A stretch of DNA of 64,000 nt from Octopus vulgaris (Eukaryota): the NCBI GenBank assembly GCA_951406725.2, contig OX597821.1, forward strand, positions 5,580,001 through 5,644,000, given 5' to 3'. The translations under genes and the position numbers were made by a program. Of the stretch, positions 54,762-64,000 are shown piece after piece. Every line of letters starts with the position of its first letter. Positions within the stretch are counted from its first letter, which is position 1. The notes beneath the pieces were generated by a model. The model ran no database searches, was not told the DNA's origin, and saw nothing but the letters and a program-made list of their open reading frames with translations.

Positions 54762-55417
54762 CAAGTTTAACCACACGCTCATACAGAAATAGATGCATAC
54801 ATACGTATATGCATACATACAATGTCTTTGCGTACATGCAGGCGGTGAGTGTATGTATTACATCTCTTGTGTTTGTGATAGAATGTATTTGATAGCTTTG
54901 GGTGAAGAAAATGCGTCGCTCCATCTTTGCAGTTTTTGTTAATGGCTATGATAAACGAAGAAAGAAAGACATGCGGAGACAAACAGAGAGGAAGAGGTGG
55001 AAGTCGATAGAATACGAGTGAGACAGGGAAAGAGAAACAAAGAGAGAGAGAGAGAGAGAGAGAGAACGTGAGGAAAAGGGTTTCTATATCACCAGATAAT
55101 AATACTATTCCTCTCTTCCAGTTACTTGACAAACAATACCATTTGTTCTCGCCACCACCAACCCCTCCAGCTGAGACGTTCTCACAAAACCAGGATTCAG
55201 TTTGACTCTTCAATTGTCAATAGATAAATACTATGCAATACAATCCTACAAGAAGCCACGAAAATTCGAATTTGCGATATTGAATGATGCTACATAAAAT
55301 GATTCGCAATCTCTTCGAATCAATAGTACAACTTGTGTAGGTTTGTGTTTATACTTTTTATGCTTCTGCAGTGATATTTACAATGTGTAGGATTCACTAT
55401 GCGTACGGCATGCATAC

Positions 55418-55485
<68 letters not shown>

Positions 55486-55972
55486 GTGTGTTTGTGTAGT
55501 TGCGTGTGTATTTGAGTGTTTATTCCCGCTGCCGTTGTCTCTGGCATTGCTGAGTATTCTTCATAAACGTTTAACCCTTCTGAATGGTAACCCCTTGCCA
55601 ACTTTCTGTGCACGATAGAGGTCAATTTTCGCGTTGTTTCCTTGCGTTCTTGCTTTTTCTCCTTCTGGTGTAAACATACGATCTTACTTGCACGTTTATA
55701 CGCATGCGTACACATGCAGGTAATTGTATACCTGTGTGTATGTGAGAGTGTGTGTGTGTGTGTGTGAGTATATAAGTGTTCGCGATAATAAGTGTATATG
55801 TATGTGTGTGCTTGTGTGTGTGTGTGGTTAAGCGTATAGTGAACAGGATTTACAAATCTGGTTCACGGTTTCGTTCTGTGGGAACTGTGGTCCTTCCTTA
55901 ATATAAAGAGAAAGAAAACCATGGTATTTATCTTGAAGTATGAGATAACGAGTATTATTAAGATGTTGATGT

Positions 55973-57270
55973 GAAGATGCATGGCTCAGTGATTAGAGCG
56001 TTGGGCTCAAAATCATGAGGTACTGAGTTCGATTACCGGACCGGGTTGTGTGTTGTGTTCTTGCACAAGACACTTTATTTCATGTTGCTCCAGTTAACTC
56101 AGCTGTAGAAATGAATCGTGACGTCACTAGTGCCCAGCTGTATCAGCGTTTGCCTTTCCCTTGGATAACAACAGTGGCGTGGAGATGGAGAGGCTGGTAT
56201 GCATGGGCAACTTCTGGTCTTCCATAAACAACCTTGTCCGGACTTGTGCCAGACTCGACGGCTTCGCTCTTAACTTAGCAGCACAGCCATGACGCGAGAG
56301 ATTGAACAAGAGAAGAGAGAGAAGTGCACTAGCACTCAGGTATTAATCATTTACAGCCGACCAGACTCGAGAAGACTGAAACAAAGTGCTTGGCACAAGG
56401 ACACTGTCCGACCAAGGATTTGAACTCACCTACTCAGTGTTCATGAGCCAAACACTCAAACCACACCTCGCATTTCACTTGAGCCTGATACACTTTTAGC
56501 GGCATTTCTTCCGTCCTTATGTTCTGAGCTCAAATTCCGCCGGGGTTGACTTTTCCTTTCATACTTCTTGAGCCGATAAAAAAGGACTAGTTAATTACTA
56601 GGATCGGCGTAATCAACTTCTCCCTCCCCTCAAAAACTGCTGACCTGATGCCAAAATCTGAATCCATTATAAGCACAAGGAATTTTTCTTAGGCTCTTTT
56701 TCTAAGGGCATGTGTCAACAACCGTTCGTTATTAAGTCTGTGAATATACAAAACCAAACCGGAGTCTATCAGTAGCCTTGGTCTCCATATTTCTGTTGAA
56801 TCACGTTTTTACATGTGATGAGAGATACCGTCAGCCGATTGCCTAGTTTATATTAAACAAGATGCACACCACCATATCGAACTTGCTGGGATTTGATCTC
56901 TTAGCGTAGAAATCCGCAACGAATACTGCAATACATTCTAAACGACAATCTAACATTCCTAATATATTCTTTTCCACTCTAGGCACAAAGCTGGAAATTT
57001 TGAGGGGGGGTGGCAGTCGATTAGATCGACGTCAGTACGCAACTGGTACTTAATTCATCGACCCCGAAAGGATGAAAGGCAAAGTCGACCTTGGCGGAAT
57101 TTGAACTCAGAACGTAGCGGCAGACGAAATACTGCTAAGCAAATCTGCACTTCTGGCTTTTTACATTCAGAGTTCGAATCCCGTCGTGGTCAACTTTTCT
57201 TTTCGTCTCTTCAGTACTAAGGTTGACCTCATCGACTCGCTCCGTCCTCTTAAAACTAGTGGACTTGAAC
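55973..57270. mobile_element. Cluster of SINEs: family C (+) 55973-56250, C-like (-) ~56251-56475, B (+) ~56497-56668, B (-) ~56965-57141, B fragment (+) ~57150-57270
   Basis: Matches to family motifs on both strands, with unique sequence between some copies. Confidence 0.7.
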
Positions 57271-57556
57271 CCAGCATCGGTCAGGCGTCTCGTTCAGGGG
57301 ACTGTTGTGGTTTCGATTCACTTTTTGCCATGGAAACGTGACAACTGACACAGTGAGGCGTTGAGTTCAAGGAAAAACATAAAGCATCGATTTCACTGCT
57401 ATTTCTAGTACAAACTACTACCAGGTAGAAGTTATCTTACTGTCAAGTAACATTTACGCAATGTTAGATTTAACGCGGAAATGCCGTGACAACATATACA
57501 CACACAAAGGCACAACTGCAAAAGCATTCGCATATCAACCCCACATACACACACAG

Positions 57557-57597
<41 letters not shown>

Positions 57598-57661
57598 TAC
57601 ATACATACATACATACATACATACATACATACATACGTACATACATACATACATACATACA

Positions 57662-57693
<32 letters not shown>

Positions 57694-57769
57694 GGCATTC
57701 AGTCACACAAGAAATCACACTGATACATACGTACATACGCGTACATTCATAAGCAAACACACATCTGGG

Positions 57770-58070
57770 TGGATCTCCGTCGCTTACGACGACGAGGGTT
57801 TCAGTTGATCCGAACAACGGAACAGCCTACTCGTGAAATTAACGTGCAAGTGGCTGAAAACTCCACAGACATGCGTACCCTTAATATAGTTTTCAGGGTA
57901 ACACAGGATCTAACAAGGCCGGTACAAATACTATTCATTTTTCCCAGCGGAGTGAACTACAACAAAGTGTAATACAGTAGCTCTGTCAAAGAGGCAAAGT
58001 CCTGCCGGGAATCGAACTCACGATCGAAAGATCGTGAGTCGAATACCTTAACCACAAAATCACAAGCCTT
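57770..58070 (-). mobile_element. SINE family C, diverged
   Basis: CTCCGTCG.TT.CGACGA..GG....AGTTGATC..A.CAACGGAACAGCC shared with 47470-47525. Confidence 0.7.
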
Positions 58071-58087
58071 CGTGGATTGATGAATGG

Positions 58088-58172
58088 ATAGGTAGGTAGG
58101 TAGGTAGGTAAGTAGGTAGGTAGGTAGGTAGGTAGGTAGGTAGGTAGGTAGGTAGGTAGGTAGGTAGGTAGG
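58088..58172 (+). repeat. (TAGG)n microsatellite
   Basis: Direct inspection. Confidence 0.95.
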
Positions 58173-58249
58173 TTCGTAGGTAGATAGATAGAAAAGGGGG
58201 GATAGAGAGGTAGATGGATAAAGATATACAGATCAATTCATATATGCAT

Positions 58250-58316
<67 letters not shown>

Positions 58317-58562
58317 TAGATACTCACACACACATAGGTCCACATTTGTACTCATACGTACGCACACACACGCACACACATACGCGCGCACACAAACACG
58401 CAAAAAACGCACTCATACAGGTAATTATATAAATACACATAAAAACACACTCGCATTCATACTCATCCAACAACACACATGGGTAGATACAAACAGCCAT
58501 ACTCACCTGCACAAACAATCACATGACAACTCACACACACAAAAACATACACACACGTGCAC

Positions 58563-58600
<38 letters not shown>

Positions 58601-59072
58601 GCACACGCATGCATGTACATCGATATGCATTTTTAAAAAATAACATCCACAGCATTTCTAGTCCGGGTGGATTTTCAGATGATCGGGTGGCGTTTTGCTG
58701 GAGGCAGAAGGATAAGAGAAGATTGCGAGGATTTAGTTATTAAGACACAGCGCGCTGTGATTATTGGGTAGAAAGACTGGTGGGTGTATATAGAGGGTAG
58801 CAGAAGAATATTGGAAACAGCTTGAGGAGGGTGGAATACAAAATTAGTAACGCGTAAATATAAACATACACACAGTCACATATGTATGTATGTGTGTATG
58901 TATGTATGTATGTATGTATGTATGTATGTATGTATGTATGTATGTATATGATATATAAATATGCAGATATATGTATATATATGATATATGATATATTTAT
59001 ATATTTGTATGTATGCATATATAGAAAACTCTATCATATATATATACATACATACATACATACATACATACA

Positions 59073-59106
<34 letters not shown>

Positions 59107-59170
59107 CATAGGGAGAGATATAGCGAGAAAGATACATATATACATATAATATATATATATGTACGTGCCA

Positions 59171-59214
<44 letters not shown>

Positions 59215-59262
59215 GTATATATATGAATACATATATATATGTACGTTCCTGTATATATATAT

Positions 59263-59305
<43 letters not shown>

Positions 59306-59332
59306 TACATATATATATATATATATAGGTGC

Positions 59333-59383
<51 letters not shown>

Positions 59384-59406
59384 TACATACATATATACAT
59401 ATATAT

Positions 59407-59465
<59 letters not shown>

Positions 59466-59694
59466 TGCATATATACATATATACATATATACATATATAC
59501 ACATATGTGTATATGTGTGTGTGTGTGTGTACATAAACACGTGATAAATACCATCAACGCTACCATATTGAAACACCCCAGCATCGATTTCCGCCTAACT
59601 ACCGATGTACATCATCACAGTACCACGATCAATGTTCATCAACGACAACAACGCCACCGCTACCATCACCACCAAAGCATACTACCACCGCCAT

Positions 59695-59780
<86 letters not shown>

Positions 59781-60162
59781 CGCCGCCGCCGCCCAATCTG
59801 CCTCACAACCATACCACAGCATTAACCCCCACCCACCTTCACACCAACACCAACCAGTATGCATAGCTATGCTATCCTGTCCTTGAGGGACAAGCTTTAA
59901 TCTGGCAATAAATCTGGTTTTCTAACAAACTTTCTACTCTGTGGTGATGTACATGTGTGTGTTTGTACGTGTTTGTGTTTGAGCGTGAGGGTGTGTGGGT
60001 GTGTGGGTGTTTCTATGCGTCTGTGTTTGTGTCTGTATGTGTAAAAATGTATGTGTGAGTATGTGAATTCATAGCTAAAATAGATTCGTGGGCATGAAAT
60101 CGAGCGAGTATGCTATCATGTGATTTGTATACAATATGCATATAAAGATAGTATATAGATAA

Positions 60163-61360
60163 CTTTCTTTATTGGCCACACAGAGCTGAACACAGAGGGG
60201 ACAAATACAAATGTAGAGCTTTTCTTTTCGAAAATGAAAAAGAAAAAGGCAAAAGAAAAGTAAAATTCCGATCAAAAGGAGTCGGGAAAAAAACGATCAA
60301 AAGGGATCGTGTATCACAGAAGAACTTTTAAAATGTAAGAAGCAAGATTAGGTTTATCGGTGGAGAGAAAAGCCTACAGAAAAGACCACGGTAACGTCAG
60401 GCAGAGAGGGAATAAACACATGAGAGCAAAAAGCTCTCTCTTTCTCTCACTCTCTCTCTTTCCCTTTTTTGATTTACAGGATCATGCTCAAAGTGGTTTC
60501 GTCACCCGCACACTCCATCTTTGCTACATTCACCCACCATTTTTTGGAACTTACACGAGACAAAACCTGCCTCTCCATTCTCATCTTCCATTTCAAGTGG
60601 TACTTGAAAAAGTTTGTGAGCGATTGGTCAGAGAGGTGAGTGTTTGTCCCTAATCCTTTCGTTCGAGTCCACCACACACATTCTTTCACCATGGCCACCA
60701 GTACGGTGAAGACTGACTTGCCTTCCCGGTTGAGGGAAGATGGCTGAGCAATATTCATGATAAAACCCGGCCGACAGGCAGATTCGTCCCACACGTGACA
60801 GCAGCCGTTCGGCATAAGCCCACAGGTCTGAAAAGTTTGGACACTGTACGAGTGCGTGCAGAACGGCTTCGTCACTCCCACTGCATCTCGGGCAAGTCGG
60901 TCTGGTGTGTCTCGAACCGTGCATGTAGAGCTTATCCCGAACTGTTAATGCTTCTCGATAGCCCTGCCAGGCCAGGGATCTTTGGTCCCGGCTAGAAAGT
61001 TGTCCTGAACAGGCGGGTCAGGTGTTCCTCGTCGACGCCTAGATTCTTCCCGAGAACGTCGTCGCACCTCTCCTCCACTAATCCTCTATAGAGCGCCTTT
61101 GTTGTAATGAAGTCGCACAAGTTTGGTCCCAGATGGCAGGGTTGCTTGAGAGCAACGGGACATTCGCGGTGCCATTCGCCTAGCCTCGGTCTCTGTTTGA
61201 TTCACGACTGTAGTTCGGCCAAGGAGACGAGCTGCGGGAAAGCGCGCCGCACAGACGGCGACCACACCTGTTCACCGTCGTCTATGAAGCACCGGAGATG
61301 TCGCCGTCGCATCAACCACAGCATGCCTAGCCCTCCATTTAGCGGGTGTTGACAGCAAAT
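60163..61360 (-). mobile_element. L1/Tx1-clade LINE, 5'-truncated (post-RT region, zinc knuckle, 3' UTR)
   Basis: ICCQHPLNGGLGM (P...GGLG motif); PTCPRCSGSDEAVLHALVQCP..SDLW (CCHC, zf-RVT-like); VAMVKECVWWTR; 3' UTR ending in AATAAAGAAA. Confidence 0.8.
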
Positions 61361-61361
61361 G

Positions 61362-61444
<83 letters not shown>

Positions 61445-62144
61445 GTATTATTCATTGAAAGTAAAACACGTACACACACACACACACACACACATATGAA
61501 TACACCAACCAGTGCAGATAAACCCGAACGGAAGGCTTGACTTAAAGAAAAGAGCCTTTTCACTTTGTTAGAAACTTGGTCTAAATTCTACAACGGTAAA
61601 CACGTCAACAAAATCGACATATATACCTACATACATATACCTACATACATACACACATACACACACACACACACACACACAGCTTTTCTTTATGCAAGCT
61701 TCATTCAATACGATTATGTTCAACTTTCACTATTTGTATCTTAATTTTTTCTCAGACTTCCTTATTAAATTTTTACAGTTGATTTGGAACAGGGGAGACT
61801 CGATTGCAAAGACATTGATCAAAATATTGCCACGTGGCTATTGACAACAAGAATGATTATAATAATAATAGTAAACAAGAAAATTGCAACAAAGCTGCGT
61901 GATGCTGGTGTCAGATGAAGCATGCAGACCATCGTATAAATTGTTTTAGTCTTCTCTTCCGTCTTATTTTGACATGCGCATTGCGTTCTCATTCTCCTTT
62001 TCTGTTTTACGAATTCACTGTGCACATGCGCATTGCGTGTTCATACTTCTTTTTCCTATTCCTACTCAAAACTGTTTCTAGATTACAACCATCTGATGTT
62101 CGTGAGGAAGGTTTCGCTCTCCGATGGTTGTGAAATAAAAATAC

Positions 62145-63045
62145 GCGCAACGTGGCTGTGTGGTAAGAAGATTGCTTCCCAACCACATGGTTCTGGGTTC
62201 AATTCCACAACATGAAACCATGGGTGAGAATCTTCTACTACCGCCACGAATCAACATATGTGTGTATGTGTGTGCTTTTGTATTTGTGCTTGTTCCCAAA
62301 ACCGTTTGGCAACCGGTGTTGGTTAGTTTACGTTTCCGAAATGTAGCGGTTAGGCAAAAAGAGATCGCTAAATAAAGTATCAGGCTTTATAGAAGAAAAC
62401 AATAGGCATTGTGCTCGATTTGTCCGACTAAGCCCTTCCAGTCTGTGCCGTTGCATGACCGTAGCCAATGGCTCGACATACAAATCAAGACCTGATTGCT
62501 GATGCATGATAGTAACGGTACCAAAACTTTCACGGGAAAATCTACCTGAGTCTAATTAACCTAGGAAAAAAAGAAGACTCAAGCTCCTAATATTGGTTTC
62601 ACATTTAGGTACAATGCCAGCAATTTCGGAGGAGGGGGTTAGTCGATTAAATCGACCCCAGTACGCTACTGGTACTTATTTTATCGAGTCCGAAAGAATG
62701 AAAGGCAAAGTCGACCTCGGCGGCATTTGAACTCAGAACGTGAAGATGGGCGAAATGTCGCTAAGCATGAACCCGCTGTACAAACGATTCTGCGACCTCA
62801 CCGCCTTGCAAACTCTAAAAAAAGTTGATTTCAAATTTTGGTACAAGACCAATAATTTCGGCGGCAGAGACAAGTCAATTAAATCGACGCTAGTACTGAA
62901 CAGCTATTTATTTTATCGACCCCGAAAGGATGAAAGATAAGATAAAGTCGACCTCCGTGGAATTTGAACTCAGAACGTAAAGACGGACGAAATGCTGTTA
63001 AGCATTTTACCCGACGTGCAAACGATTCCGCCAGCTCACCGACTT
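62145..63045. mobile_element. Diverged SINE A (+) ~62145-62470 and two SINE B (-) ~62590-62810 and ~62825-63045
   Basis: Family motif matches. Confidence 0.75.
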
Positions 63046-63072
63046 GCAACCTCCAAATGTTATAACATTTAC

Positions 63073-63429
63073 CAGTGACTCTCATATGCTCTTTGAGGAT
63101 CCATATAAAATTTCTGGGAGTACACGTAAGCAAGATAATACATTGGGGAGCCACAGTAGCGTATTAAGACTCCATCAACAGATTTTGTAACAGAAGTTGT
63201 TATGTATTGCAAGAAACAGGTTTCTTTACCGTTTTATAAAATTCAACATGTTTCCAGCGGGAGAGTTCTGTTGCAAACTTGCACAAGTGAATGGGTGAAG
63301 AACAAAATAAGAATTTTGAAAGAAATATCTATAAAACTAGTTTTTAAACGTCGAATGGCTACGGGGCTCCACCTGAATGGAATAGTAATCAAGCGGGGTC
63401 CATAGGCAAAAAATGGTCGAGAACCACAG
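63073..63429. mobile_element. Possible old hAT/Charlie-like MITE
   Basis: Right end GGGGTCCATAGGCAAAAAATGGTCGAGAACCACAG resembles a CAGTGGTTCTCAA-type terminus; left end CAGTGACTCTCA is degenerate; no TSD seen. Confidence 0.4.
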
Positions 63430-63599
63430 CTCCATACAAAACTTGAAAATGAGAAGTTTAGAAAAGTCAGATATGGATTTAGGAATTCTACTGTTCCAAA
63501 CAAACTGCAAAAAAGCTAATAAGAAATTATGAAAAAAATAAAATAAAATCAATGACTCTTGAGCATATATGGTGATATTTAATGAAACGTGCATTTATA

Positions 63600-63873
<274 letters not shown>

Positions 63874-64000
63874 TGTAAATAAGATATATTGACATATAGA
63901 TGTGTGTGCATATCTGTCTATATGTCCATCTATTGCGGCTTTCTGCCGAGATGGTCGGTTAATTTCTTTGCTCGTCGACCGAATTCTGTTGTGTTTCTTA

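Noticed and set aside
58088-58172. Telomeric repeat
   Set aside because: The motif is (TAGG)n grading into (GATA)n, not (TTAGGG)n.

Overview
AT-rich, microsatellite-saturated eukaryotic DNA with no supportable host protein-coding gene. Nearly all long ORFs in the track are translations of (TA)n, (CA)n, (TATG)n or (TATC)n. The repeat landscape resembles a coleoid cephalopod (Octopus-like) intron or intergenic region; this is inferred, not verified. Contents: (1) many tRNA-derived SINEs of at least three families; (2) decayed Dong/R4-type LINEs, an L1/Tx1-type LINE 3' end, a Penelope-like RT fragment, a Tc1/mariner transposase pseudogene, mariner and hAT MITEs, and Helitron-like 5' ends; (3) about a dozen minimal type I hammerhead-ribozyme motifs, from unrelated short repeats that are mostly flanked by (TA)n and look like Penelope pseudo-LTRs. 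The hammerheads include G3-C8 and U3-A8 compensatory core variants, and several have palindromic stem III. The window also shows a SINE/LINE shared 3' tail, a dimeric SINE, Dong/R4 ends embedded in (CATA)n arrays, and several young fold-back palindromes. Coordinates were read by eye and element ends are approximate.
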